From the IMG/VR virus record IMGVR_UViG_3300042261_002385, positions 372,266-436,265 of that record: a DNA stretch of 64,000 nucleotides; one strand, 5' to 3'. Positions 18,847 through 28,438 of the stretch are shown piece by piece. The notes below the pieces were generated by a model. It saw nothing but the letters and a program-made list of their open reading frames with translations, searched no databases and had not been told where the DNA came from. Position 1 is the stretch's first letter. Each line of letters begins with the position of its first letter. A program made the translations under genes and the position numbers.

Positions 18847-19245
18847 ATGAAAGTAAGCTTTGATTTTGACGGGACACTGTCTCGAAAAGATGTGCAAAAT
18901 TTCGCAACGACTCTTGTTCAGAGTGGTGTCGAAGTTTGGATTGTAACATCAAGAATAGCTACAGAACCGGCTTTGAAAAAAGGTTGGCATTGGATCGAAA
19001 GACAAAACCAAGAACTATATGATGTCGCTGAAAAAGTTGGAGTTAAAAAAGAAAATATTGTTTTCACAGAATTTGTTGATAAAATAAAATTTTTAAAAGA
19101 TAAAAGTTTTATATTTCATATTGATGATGATGTCGATGAGCTTATGGCTATTTTAGATTCTAAAGACAGCTGTAAGGCTGTAAATGTTGAACACTCAGAA
19201 TGGAAACAAACTTGTGAAAATACTTTAAAAAATTTTGGTAAATAA
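18847..19245 (+). CDS. HAD-superfamily hydrolase
   Basis: VSFDFDGTL (DxDGT), IVTSR, HIDDD. Confidence 0.8.
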   Translation: MKVSFDFDGTLSRKDVQNFATTLVQSGVEVWIVTSRIATEPALKKGWHWIERQNQELYDVAEKVGVKKENIVFTEFVDKIKFLKDKSFIFHIDDDVDELMAILDSKDSCKAVNVEHSEWKQTCENTLKNFGK

Positions 19246-19296
19246 AAAAATATTTATATCTTTGTATCATTATTAATCACTTAAAACTTATAAAAA

Positions 19297-19512
19297 ATGG
19301 CAATTAAAAAAAATGCAGGAAAAGTAATCGGTCAGGTTGAAGGACTTAAAATTCGTCAAATCGATCAAACCGCTACCGTCAAAGGTAAAACAGTTACTAA
19401 GTCAACTCAAATTGGAATCTTTCGTGGTAAAAATGTGGTTGAAACTGGTTTTAAAAATCGAGAAACTGCACTTATACGAGCTAAAGAGATTAAATCACAA
19501 ATCGTTAAATAA
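19297..19512 (+). CDS. Small basic hypothetical protein
   Basis: ORF with TATCTTTG at 19257 and terminator at 19519. Confidence 0.7.
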   Translation: MAIKKNAGKVIGQVEGLKIRQIDQTATVKGKTVTKSTQIGIFRGKNVVETGFKNRETALIRAKEIKSQIVK

Positions 19513-19518
19513 CATCAC

Positions 19519-19543
19519 AGGAGACATTTAGTCTCCTTTTTTT
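19519..19543 (+). terminator. Intrinsic terminator
   Basis: aggagac-attta-gtctcct + T run. Confidence 0.8.
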
Positions 19544-19552
19544 ATATACTAT

Positions 19553-19660
19553 ATGAAAAAATGGTTGAAAAGAGTTGGTTTAGCTGGTTTTTTGTTCTTT
19601 TTAATCAAAGGATTAGTTTGGTTAAGTATTTTTATAGCAGCTTACTTTTTAGGTAGTTAA
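19553..19660 (+). CDS. 35-aa membrane peptide MKKWLKRVGLAGFLFFLIKGLVW...
   Basis: Manual translation; resembles a small membrane-peptide family I associate with Bacteroidota. Confidence 0.6.
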   Translation: MKKWLKRVGLAGFLFFLIKGLVWLSIFIAAYFLGS

Positions 19661-19899
19661 TTATCTAAACAAACACTTAATAATTTACCTTCTGAGTTAT
19701 ACCAATATCTACGAACTAAAACTCCAAACTCATTGTATTGGTAAACAATTTTGATATAGTTTTTTGAGCTATTAAATTCTTTTTGAATTATTTTTTTATC
19801 TTTAAATATTATTAAATCTTTTCCAATTTTGACAGTGTCTTGTGTAAATGAATTATTAAAGAATGATAGAAAAAATGTCAACAAACCAACAAACCTCAT
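19657..19899 (-). CDS. Small secreted hypothetical protein
   Basis: Signal peptide ending ...SFTQ. Confidence 0.6.
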   Translation of the reverse strand: MRFVGLLTFFLSFFNNSFTQDTVKIGKDLIIFKDKKIIQKEFNSSKNYIKIVYQYNEFGVLVRRYWYNSEGKLLSVCLDN

Positions 19900-20346
19900 T
19901 TGATATATATTTGAGGTTAATACTTAAATTAATAAAAAATAAATTAAATTATGAAAAGATATAGTCCAATACTATTTATCTGGTTATTTTGCTTTATAGG
20001 AACTACCTCTAACGCCTACATGACTTATATAACTGGTGATTTGTCAGAAACACTTGCTTGGTCTTCTGCTGGTGCCTTCTTAGCAAATCTAATTGTCTAT
20101 CATTTCTGGGCTACTAGAAAAGAAAAAGATTCTGAATTATTAGATGAATAAAGAACTTTTAGAATATAACATCTGTTTAATTTCTGAACAACTTACAATA
20201 GAACAAATTATCTTTGCTCGAAGAAATAGAGATTGGAGAAAGTTTGATAAATTAGATGAAATTTCAAAATTAAGAGTTAGATTAGAAGAGTTAGAGTATT
20301 TTGCTGATGATATAGATCCTAACTATAAACCAAAAGGATATTTTCA

Positions 20347-20562
20347 ATGATAAATAAAAAAAACATACAGGAATACTTTGAACTGATGAAATCAAAAAAT
20401 GTCATTGCTGACTATTGGAACTTTGATAATTTTCTGGAAGAATCGGAACATGTCAAAATCTACTATTCACATAAGTCTGGAAAACGATCTTCATTTAGAT
20501 TTACTAAAGAAATGGTAATTCAAGAACTTAGAGATAACAAGTTAAAAAAAATTTTTGATTAG
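20347..20562 (+). CDS. Hypothetical protein with C-terminal tag (RDNKLKKIFD)
   Basis: ORF; tag. Confidence 0.7.
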   Translation: MINKKNIQEYFELMKSKNVIADYWNFDNFLEESEHVKIYYSHKSGKRSSFRFTKEMVIQELRDNKLKKIFD

Positions 20563-20787
20563 TTACTTATTCTTAGGTGGTCTAAAAGGCATAGCTTTAT
20601 TCCACTCCTCTTTTCTTTTTTCACATCCACAATCTTCATATCCCAAAGTTTTTGCAACTTTCACTGCCAATTTATCAACACGAACTAATTTAGTTGCCTT
20701 AGCTACCAAATCACCCATACCTTTTAATTCTTCTGACATATATTGTATATATTTAGATTTTTTTTTATATTTGCTGTATGAAAACAT
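20563..20787 (-). CDS. Small protein with CGC motif
   Basis: GDLVAKATK...EDCGCEKRKE; true start probably the internal Met. Confidence 0.55.
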   Translation of the reverse strand: MFSYSKYKKKSKYIQYMSEELKGMGDLVAKATKLVRVDKLAVKVAKTLGYEDCGCEKRKEEWNKAMPFRPPKNK

Positions 20788-21113
20788 TATTTACATCACT
20801 AATACTTTTAACGTCAAGTGTAATTTATTCACAATATAAATATAACAATGACTACGATAATAATTCTTTAAATGAACAGACCTGGCAAATTTCAACCACT
20901 TTTACTAATCAACAAATATCTTTTAGTTGGGAAAAAGATATCGTAACTTCTATTATAATAAAATCGATAGACAATGAATTTTATCTACCTAAAATCGATG
21001 CTTTTATGACTTCACAGCTTACTTTAAATCAACTTGCTAGCGGTAGATACGAGGTGATTTTTTTAGATGATTGTGATGCTATTATGTATACAAAAAAATT
21101 CGAAATAAAATGA
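20778..21113 (+). CDS. Secreted protein resembling a T9SS type A C-terminal sorting domain
   Basis: Signal peptide ...YSQ; LTLNQLASGRYEVIF...KKFEIK. Confidence 0.55.
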   Translation: MKTLFTSLILLTSSVIYSQYKYNNDYDNNSLNEQTWQISTTFTNQQISFSWEKDIVTSIIIKSIDNEFYLPKIDAFMTSQLTLNQLASGRYEVIFLDDCDAIMYTKKFEIK

Positions 21114-21357
21114 CAATTTTTACTAGAGCTAAAATATCTAGAATCCTCCAAGACAAAACTAACTCTGGTGAGATAAGAGGATTTCAATTGGCTGATAATT
21201 ATTTAAGAATTACTAAGTCTAAACGAACTGGATTTACATTCAAAATTGACAACTTTACTGATAATGTTTTGATAAAAATACTTCAGAAAAAAACTCCTCA
21301 CCCATCAATTCAAAATATAGAAACTTTCTATGAAAATCAAATAGAAATATTTACAAT

Positions 21358-21741
21358 ATGAGACCAGAAAAAATTTTACTCCACATCGATAAAACAATAA
21401 TTGAAAAAATAAAAAATGGTGAACGTTGGCTCAGTTTAATTGACTATCTAAAAGATAATATAAATAAATACAAAAGAAGAGATGGATACATCCAGGTTTC
21501 TGAAAAATATCTAATTAATAATTGGGATAGAATTGACTGGAAAAAAAGAATGACCACAATGTTGGTAATTCAATCAAATAGACGTATTTCTGATATAAAT
21601 TGGATTAAAAAAAGTCACTCAAAATTTCCACAATTGGGGTCTATTGGTATGTATAATTTAATTTTATTAAAAGATAAACTAAGATATAATCAATCTTCCG
21701 ATTCTGAGTCTTCTAGATTATCTGATAATTCTAACTCATAA
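21358..21741 (+). CDS. Hypothetical basic protein
   Basis: ORF. Confidence 0.6.
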   Translation: MRPEKILLHIDKTIIEKIKNGERWLSLIDYLKDNINKYKRRDGYIQVSEKYLINNWDRIDWKKRMTTMLVIQSNRRISDINWIKKSHSKFPQLGSIGMYNLILLKDKLRYNQSSDSESSRLSDNSNS

Positions 21742-21922
21742 ACATCACCTCTAAATTCAATCCAGTGATTATCGTTGATTGAATATCTTTTAATGTAAGT
21801 CTCTATTTTATCTCCTGTTTTAAGTATGATTTTATTTTCTAAGATTTTTATAGTGCCTTTAATATCTGCCATACGTAATTTAAATTTTGTTTAATATATA
21901 TTGAAATAAAAAAACCCATTTT

Positions 21923-22042
21923 TTAATGGGTTTCTTGTTTATATTTTTTCAACAAAGCTTCGTTGAGTTGTATTCTTTTTAGTTTCTTTACTAAGTTTCC
22001 TCGGTTTCTTTTTGGTTTTCCTTCTTTTCTTGCTTTTGCCAT
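21923..22042 (-). CDS. 39-aa Lys/Arg-rich peptide MAKARKEGKPKRNRGNLVKKLKR...
   Basis: Manual translation; taatatata and AATCACTAC upstream; terminator 21908-21935. Confidence 0.65.
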   Translation of the reverse strand: MAKARKEGKPKRNRGNLVKKLKRIQLNEALLKKYKQETH

Positions 22043-22065
22043 AGTAGTGATTTTTTTATTATATA

Positions 22066-22716
22066 TTAAGTTTTGATATAATAATTAAACCAAGTTCCAG
22101 AATTAGACCAAGTCACATCTAATAAAATTTTACTTAGTGGTGGTCCGAAAATTTTATAAGTTATAAAGTGTGATCCAACTGGTAATAGATTCCAAATAGA
22201 CTGAGTCAACTCTACAGGAAAACAAACATCATTTGTGAATACAACAACAGGTTTTTCAAAGTCAAATTGCAAAATGTCATCGTTTAATAAAATGACATTA
22301 TTGAAATCGTGTTCTAACCTTTCTAGAAGTTCAACTGCATATACGTGTCGACCGGTCACAATCTCAACTCCTACAATATTTTCAAAATCTGAAATTAGAG
22401 ACATATGCAGACAAATTTTTCCGACACCACTACCTACGTCGATGAAAGTATCTATACCTTTGTTATGCTTACAAATCTCTTTGTGAATTGTCTCAACACC
22501 TGACTTAGTAATCTCACCATACACAAACTTCTTATCGTCATAAATAAGTGATTTTTTTTGTTGAATAGTTTTGTCTAAATCTTCCAATGAATATACTTTA
22601 TCACTAAATTCATTTTGAATTTTACTTGGATCTTCAGGTAAAAGATTGTTTAAAGTCATTTTGATATTAACATACTTGTCATATATTGTTTCTAACAAAT
22701 TATCCAACTTAGTCAT
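22066..22716 (-). CDS. Class I SAM-dependent methyltransferase, DOT1-like
   Basis: VYGEI, FIDVGSGVGK, GVEI...RH, VVFTN. Confidence 0.7.
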   Translation of the reverse strand: MTKLDNLLETIYDKYVNIKMTLNNLLPEDPSKIQNEFSDKVYSLEDLDKTIQQKKSLIYDDKKFVYGEITKSGVETIHKEICKHNKGIDTFIDVGSGVGKICLHMSLISDFENIVGVEIVTGRHVYAVELLERLEHDFNNVILLNDDILQFDFEKPVVVFTNDVCFPVELTQSIWNLLPVGSHFITYKIFGPPLSKILLDVTWSNSGTWFNYYIKT

Positions 22717-23534
22717 ACTATTTTATAATTTGAAACATTTTATGTTTAGATCATCTAAACTTTTTCAACAAATCTATTCAGTTATTAACATCCAGACAAC
22801 CTTTTAGAAGAATTAACGTATCTTTATAAAAAATTAATTATATGATGTTATCTTACTTACTTCTACTTTGCACACTTTATTTAGTGTGGTCTTTTAACTT
22901 ATCTTGTCTCGTTTTTCTTATAGAACAGGGATATTTCAGTCACAAATTTTGGACACGTTCACTTAGGTCTACTTTTGTGATGCCACCATTTGCAATATTG
23001 GTTTATTCGGTAATTTTCTTTAAAGAATCGGTTAGTGTTAATTGGGAAAATCTTAAGATGGTTATGACAAAAAGAAAAGATTAAAACTTTTCTTTTTGAT
23101 TATTAGACCATTCAAAGTAATCTTTTCTATCTCTGACAACAGTTGTAGTTAATAATGTCAATGAAAAAAGTGACAATATAAATAAAATTATTTCCATAGT
23201 CTATATATTCTTTAAATCGAAAAAAAGTGTAAATAACAGTTTAACAAATTGTTAATTATATTTGGTCAAATAAATAATAATCACTATATTTGTTAAATGA
23301 AAAGGATAAAACTCTTACCAATTTTAATTTTCACTTTTGTGACTGGTATTTTAGTTTTTAAATTTTCCAGTCGGCCATCTGGCTGTAAAACTATCGTTAT
23401 ACTACAAAATGGAGAATCCATAAATTGTAAATGGATTAACTCATACAACTCTGGGTTTTCAAGTATCCGTAAGTGTGATGGTTCTGATTTTCAAACAGCA
23501 ACTGCAAATATTAAACAAGTCATAAATAAATAAG

Positions 23535-23840
23535 ATGAAAAATTTTAAATCATTCTCACCTAAAGTTGATGAAAAAAGAAGATTAGTCTTAACTCGTTTT
23601 TATACTGGCGTTAAAGACTCTAACTCTTTTTGCTATCAGATAACTAAGATTACAAAAGTCGGAACTTTAGATAAAAAGTTTAAACCACTCTATGCTTTCG
23701 GAACAGACGACTTTAACTCAGTTAAATCATTCTCACATAGTGGTAACGGTCAACCAGTTAAAGTCTTCAGAAAACCTTTTAAATCAGTATTCGGAGTTGA
23801 AAAGAAAAACGATCCAGTCAGTGTTTGGCGAAAAATATAA
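23535..23840 (+). CDS. Hypothetical basic protein
   Basis: ORF in operon behind TATATTTG at 23285. Confidence 0.6.
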   Translation: MKNFKSFSPKVDEKRRLVLTRFYTGVKDSNSFCYQITKITKVGTLDKKFKPLYAFGTDDFNSVKSFSHSGNGQPVKVFRKPFKSVFGVEKKNDPVSVWRKI

Positions 23841-23907
23841 CTGTAAAAAAACCAGAAATCTATACACGTTATTTTTAACTTAATATATAAAAGAAAAAAT
23901 AACGCTT

Positions 23908-24081
23908 ATGAAACTAACTAAAGAACAATTGCTTGGAATCGTAAGACACACACTAACATTTGTTGGTGGTATCGTTGTAATGAAGGGACTTGTAGATGAA
24001 GCTACAGTAACTGAAATTACAGGTGGTGTTCTTACTTTAGCTGGAGCCATTTGGTCTATCATCGCTAAAAACAAGGCGTAA
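23908..24081 (+). CDS. Small two-TM holin-like peptide
   Basis: MKLTKEQLLGIVRHTLTFVGG...AGAIWSIIAKNKA; taatatata upstream; terminator 24104-24129. Confidence 0.6.
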   Translation: MKLTKEQLLGIVRHTLTFVGGIVVMKGLVDEATVTEITGGVLTLAGAIWSIIAKNKA

Positions 24082-24103
24082 TAGTCACTTAAGAAAAAAA
24101 ATT

Positions 24104-24129
24104 AAAACCCACTTAATAGTGGGTTTTTT
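24104..24129 (+). terminator. Intrinsic terminator
   Basis: aaaacccact-taat-agtgggtttt. Confidence 0.8.
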
Positions 24130-24178
24130 ATTTTGTATTGTAATCATTTATTGTTATATTTGTAGAAATAAATCCACT

Positions 24179-24457
24179 ATGAAAAAATTTGAATCAAGTC
24201 GTTTAACAGAAGGAAATAAGTTATTTCCAACTCAAATCTTATTATCAAGCAAAGGGGTCGTGGTAAAAAAACCAGGTATGTTTTCATCAGAAGAAAAAGT
24301 AATACCTTACTCACAAATTACTTATATTAATATTAACACACCACTAGTCGGTTTCTCAAGTATTGAAATCGGAACCGAAAATCAACCAGTCATAATCGGT
24401 GGTCTTCTTAAAAGAGAAGTGGAGGAAATTCAAAGTTTAATTTTAGAAACGTTATAA
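24179..24457 (+). CDS. Bacterial PH-domain-like protein
   Basis: Start moved to 24179; KKPGMFSSEEKVIPYSQIT.I.I pattern. Confidence 0.55.
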   Translation: MKKFESSRLTEGNKLFPTQILLSSKGVVVKKPGMFSSEEKVIPYSQITYININTPLVGFSSIEIGTENQPVIIGGLLKREVEEIQSLILETL

Positions 24458-24557
24458 ATTTAATTATTATGAGCACGGAAATTTTAGCAGCAATTATGAC
24501 ACCAGTTGTTATTTTTAGTATTTTAATTATTGCAACAATCAAAGATAAACGCAACTA

Positions 24558-24755
24558 ATGGTTGTTATATGCAGAGATAATAAAGACTATGAAAGGTTCC
24601 TAAAAATTGGCGAGAAGTATTTCGTTATAGAAATTCTTTGTCAAGAAAACCAATTTTGGTATAGAATTGAAGGATTGAATACTATTTTCAGCTACTTTCG
24701 ATTCTACCCAGTAGACCTTATTAGACAACAAAAGATTGAAGATTTAGGTATCTAA
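24558..24755 (+). CDS. Hypothetical protein with C-terminal tag (RQQKIEDLGI)
   Basis: ORF; tag. Confidence 0.7.
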   Translation: MVVICRDNKDYERFLKIGEKYFVIEILCQENQFWYRIEGLNTIFSYFRFYPVDLIRQQKIEDLGI

Positions 24756-24771
24756 AATTAATATATAACCT

Positions 24772-25329
24772 ATGAGGTTATTAAATTTCGAGCTTTTTTG
24801 TGAAGCCTACAACAAACCAAGAGCTGGTGGTAAACGTCGTTGGTCAGTCAAATATAAGAAGAAAATTGATTGTAGTAATCCAAAAGGATTTTCTCAAAAA
24901 CAATATTGTAAAAGAAAACGTAGAGGTGGTCACTATAAAACAGAATCAGTTGATAATGATTTTATAAAAAATACTCTTGGTCATATATTCTTAGAAGTAT
25001 CTGATGTTAGTGATTGGTTTTTTTCGGTAGAAGGCGATATTTTTAGTAACTACTATGAAGTTTATATATCATTTGGTGATTCTGAACCATATCGAGGAGA
25101 TGAAGGTGATGAATATCAACAAAGACAAATTTCTAAAGAATTAATAGATTGTATAAAAAGATCTATAGATTTTATGGACGGTGAAGATTTTTATTATAAT
25201 TTACTTTTTTGTTCAGAATATTCATCCGACCCTGGTGAAGATTATATAGATACAATAGATATTGAAGATTTGAAACCAGGTCAATCAATGTTAGAAAATG
25301 AATCTATCAGAATAAAATTTTCTAAATAG
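24772..25329 (+). CDS. N-tagged protein: basic Cys module + acidic paralogue-family domain
   Basis: MRLLNFELFCE; WSVKYKKKIDCSNPKGFSQKQYC; then IKNTLGHIFLEVSD. Confidence 0.65.
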   Translation: MRLLNFELFCEAYNKPRAGGKRRWSVKYKKKIDCSNPKGFSQKQYCKRKRRGGHYKTESVDNDFIKNTLGHIFLEVSDVSDWFFSVEGDIFSNYYEVYISFGDSEPYRGDEGDEYQQRQISKELIDCIKRSIDFMDGEDFYYNLLFCSEYSSDPGEDYIDTIDIEDLKPGQSMLENESIRIKFSK

Positions 25330-25366
25330 TTTAATCTTTTTTTCCAATAGACATATAACTCTTACT

Positions 25367-25726
25367 ATGAGTTTATTCTATTTCTTTACAATTGTTTTTA
25401 TTCTATGGGAGCTTAACACTCTCATTTTTACAAAGTCATATAACGATTTTTTAGAGTCAAGTATTCAAAGAATTCAAACACAGAAAGTCACTACAGATGA
25501 TATTGTTTTTTCACTTTTTAACCTTTCTTATTTTATTTGGACATCAATAGGAATATTTACCAATCAATATCTGTTTTTTTTACTACTTCTTATTTTAGGA
25601 GTTGTTAGTGCAACTGTTTCTAAAAAGATTAAAAAATCTAATATAGACAGAATTCTATTACACAGGAGAATCGATGCTGTTATTTCAATCGTAATATTAG
25701 TTTTGATTTGGTTCAGTCGGTATTAA
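25367..25726 (+). CDS. Membrane protein
   Basis: Four hydrophobic segments. Confidence 0.7.
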   Translation: MSLFYFFTIVFILWELNTLIFTKSYNDFLESSIQRIQTQKVTTDDIVFSLFNLSYFIWTSIGIFTNQYLFFLLLLILGVVSATVSKKIKKSNIDRILLHRRIDAVISIVILVLIWFSRY

Positions 25727-25806
25727 ATCAAATCGATGAAAAGATTAATCTTAAAAGTATTACTGTGGTGGAGCCTCAAATATAAAAAAAATAAAAGAAA
25801 GTCAAT

Positions 25807-26130
25807 TTGGGATTTATGATGTCAGAAAAAAATGAATTAAATGTAGTTCAGAGTCACATTAATAAAATATACGAACTTTTTAAATCACAATCAAAACTAA
25901 ATTATGTCACTCCATCTATACCAGGTCAACAAATTGTCGACTATCTTCAAATAGACAAGTCAGAGTATTACCACTTCTTTAATTTGATGTGCTATGAACT
26001 AAAAGTGCTTTCTATAAATCCAGGAACAGATGAAGTGTCTTATCATTGGCAGGAAAATGATTATGGATTACTAGAACCACTCAGAACTCAACTTGAAAGA
26101 GATATTAAAATTGATGAACTAGGTATATGA
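25807..26130 (+). CDS. Hypothetical protein with C-terminal tag (RDIKIDELGI)
   Basis: ORF; tag. Confidence 0.7.
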   Translation: MGFMMSEKNELNVVQSHINKIYELFKSQSKLNYVTPSIPGQQIVDYLQIDKSEYYHFFNLMCYELKVLSINPGTDEVSYHWQENDYGLLEPLRTQLERDIKIDELGI

Positions 26131-26351
26131 GAGTAGGTGATATTGTTAGATTAAAATCTGAACACTATTTAAATCAGTTCATTAAAGGAGACTGTTCTAT
26201 AACACAAGTAGTTAAATATAATAATAAACATAGAAGGACTCGATATCATATTAAAAATAGTCAAGATTGCATGACTTGGGTATATTTAGAAGAAATAGAT
26301 TTAATAAGTGATTTAAGAGACCAAAGACTATCAATGATAGGTATCAAATAA
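26127..26351 (+). CDS. Hypothetical protein with C-terminal tag (RDQRLSMIGIK)
   Basis: ORF; tag. Confidence 0.7.
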   Translation: MRVGDIVRLKSEHYLNQFIKGDCSITQVVKYNNKHRRTRYHIKNSQDCMTWVYLEEIDLISDLRDQRLSMIGIK

Positions 26352-26367
26352 ATAAATATATAAGTAT

Positions 26368-27021
26368 ATGTTAACAACCATCTTTATTATCTTAAACATT
26401 GTTTTATTAGAAATTGTTCTAAGCATTGACAATGCGGCTGTCTTATCAACTATGGTAGGACAACTTCCAAAATCTGAACAAAAAAAGGCACTGACTTGGG
26501 GAATCTTTGGAGCTTATATCTTTAGAGGTTTGGCACTTCTTTTTGCGACCATTTTAATTAAGTTGACTTGGTTAAAAGTAGTCGGTGGTCTTTACTTAGT
26601 ATATTTAGGAATTAAATCACTAAGTCTCCAATCAGATAGTAAAGAAAAACACCCAGTCAAATTACCGTTCTTAAATACATTTTGGTCAACTGTCGTTATG
26701 GTCGAATTTATGGATATTATTTTTAGCATTGACAATATATTTTCAGCAGTCGCATTTACCAACAACTTCTGGGTAATTTGTTTAGGGGTTTTTATAGGCA
26801 TTTTAGCTATTCGTTTTGCTACAACTAAAATGATTGAGTTAGTGAAAAAAATACCAGTTATTGAAAAAATAGCTTTTGTAGTAATCGGTGTGTTAGGTAT
26901 AAAATTAGTCTTATCTTCTTTCTTTCCTGAATTAACATCTGAACTAGTTGACTTAGTTTTTTCACTTGGAACACTAGTCGCTTTTTTGACACCGGTTTTA
27001 ATTAACAAGCTCAGTAAATAG
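26368..27021 (+). CDS. terC: TerC family membrane protein
   Basis: LEIVLSIDNA, DIIFSIDNI, RF.TT...L. Confidence 0.92.
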   Translation: MLTTIFIILNIVLLEIVLSIDNAAVLSTMVGQLPKSEQKKALTWGIFGAYIFRGLALLFATILIKLTWLKVVGGLYLVYLGIKSLSLQSDSKEKHPVKLPFLNTFWSTVVMVEFMDIIFSIDNIFSAVAFTNNFWVICLGVFIGILAIRFATTKMIELVKKIPVIEKIAFVVIGVLGIKLVLSSFFPELTSELVDLVFSLGTLVAFLTPVLINKLSK

Positions 27022-27045
27022 TTTTTGATATTTAATATATAATAT

Positions 27046-27336
27046 ATGAAATTAAAACATTTACAAGACTTTGCGCAAACAAGATTTGGAGGAGCTGAAA
27101 AAATAGCTAACACGGCTAAAGACAAAGGTGGACTAGCACTATTGACCTGGAGACACTTTAAAGTTAAACTTCCTTACTATAAAAAGGCTGCTGAGGGTGA
27201 ACTGGATTTAGAACAAGCAAAAAAAGAGTTTGATAAAACCCTAAAGTCAATTAATCTAAACATGACTCAAACTGAGTTTCAAACTGAAGTAGGTAGACTT
27301 GAAGTCTTAGGTGAGTTACTTATTAAAAACTCTTAG
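27046..27336 (+). CDS. Hypothetical protein, weak N-tag variant
   Basis: MKLKHLQDFAQ; taatatata upstream. Confidence 0.65.
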   Translation: MKLKHLQDFAQTRFGGAEKIANTAKDKGGLALLTWRHFKVKLPYYKKAAEGELDLEQAKKEFDKTLKSINLNMTQTEFQTEVGRLEVLGELLIKNS

Positions 27337-28106
27337 ATAGTTACTCTTTGAGAATTTATTTTCTGACCAATTAATTGTAACGATTCTCTATCAAATTCAT
27401 CACTACTACCGGTTGTAAAATACTTACACGTTCCACCTAAACTTGGTTCTATTCCTAAAGCGGAAATATAATCAACTATAATATCATCCTGAGAAATAAT
27501 CTTAATATCTGGATATAATTCCTTGATGATATCTTTTAAAATGATGTAGTGTGTGCATGCTAATAAAATTGTGTCAATATCATTGTTTAAGTTAAACAAT
27601 TCAGATAAATCCGACTTAATTATCTCTAAACCTTCAGATGTATTGAATTCACCAGTTTCAACCAACTGAGCCCAATTTGGACAACTTAAAGCCGTAACTC
27701 TGTCTAAAGACTTTTGATAAACACCCAAATGTATTGTTTTAGACGTTCCTAACACACCTAAATGATCATACTTGACTCTCTTTACCCAATCAATTGTTGG
27801 TGTGATTATATCAATTGTATTTGATGAATAGGTAGATAACGAACAAGCTGTATTACAAGCTACAATGTTTGTTTTACATCCTGACTGATTCAAAAAATCT
27901 AAACCACGAGTGGTTAGTGATACAATTTCTTGAGAATCAAGTTCTCCATATGGTGCTGTAAGATTGTCACCTAAGAAAACAAAGTCATAGTCTGGAAACT
28001 TTTTACGAAGTGTCGTCAATATAAAAAGACCACCATATCCAGAATCAAAAACACCGATAGGATTATAAGATGAGTTAAACTCAAGATATAATTTTAACCA
28101 CTTCAT
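27333..28106 (-). CDS. murI: Glutamate racemase with N-terminal tag
   Basis: PIGVFDSGYGG, GDN..APYG, ACNTA and LACTHY catalytic Cys; MKWLKLYLEFN leader. Confidence 0.92.
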   Translation of the reverse strand: MKWLKLYLEFNSSYNPIGVFDSGYGGLFILTTLRKKFPDYDFVFLGDNLTAPYGELDSQEIVSLTTRGLDFLNQSGCKTNIVACNTACSLSTYSSNTIDIITPTIDWVKRVKYDHLGVLGTSKTIHLGVYQKSLDRVTALSCPNWAQLVETGEFNTSEGLEIIKSDLSELFNLNNDIDTILLACTHYIILKDIIKELYPDIKIISQDDIIVDYISALGIEPSLGGTCKYFTTGSSDEFDRESLQLIGQKINSQRVTI

Positions 28107-28438
28107 ATATTTTGGTCCTGTAGATATCTTTCAACTTGAGTTTTAAAAACTTCAAAATCAGAAGGAATAGTTTTGAATTTAGACTGCCTTATGAAAATTT
28201 CTTGATTTCCATTTTTTTCTAAACTATAACCAAGATGTGTTTTTTTAATTATCTCACCTGTCGGTAGTTGTGCTGTCGACTCGTCTATAAACTCACCACC
28301 GATATTGGAAATAAACATTACTTCTGAATTTGAAAAATCATTTGGATCATACTCTTTAGTTTGACCATGACTTCTCATCACGGTTCTTAAATCATTTAGA
28401 CCCTCCTTAATATAATCTTTATATCTTTTAACTTTCAT
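28103..28438 (-). CDS. Hypothetical N-tagged protein
   Basis: MKVKRYKDYIKEG. Confidence 0.65.
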   Translation of the reverse strand: MKVKRYKDYIKEGLNDLRTVMRSHGQTKEYDPNDFSNSEVMFISNIGGEFIDESTAQLPTGEIIKKTHLGYSLEKNGNQEIFIRQSKFKTIPSDFEVFKTQVERYLQDQNI

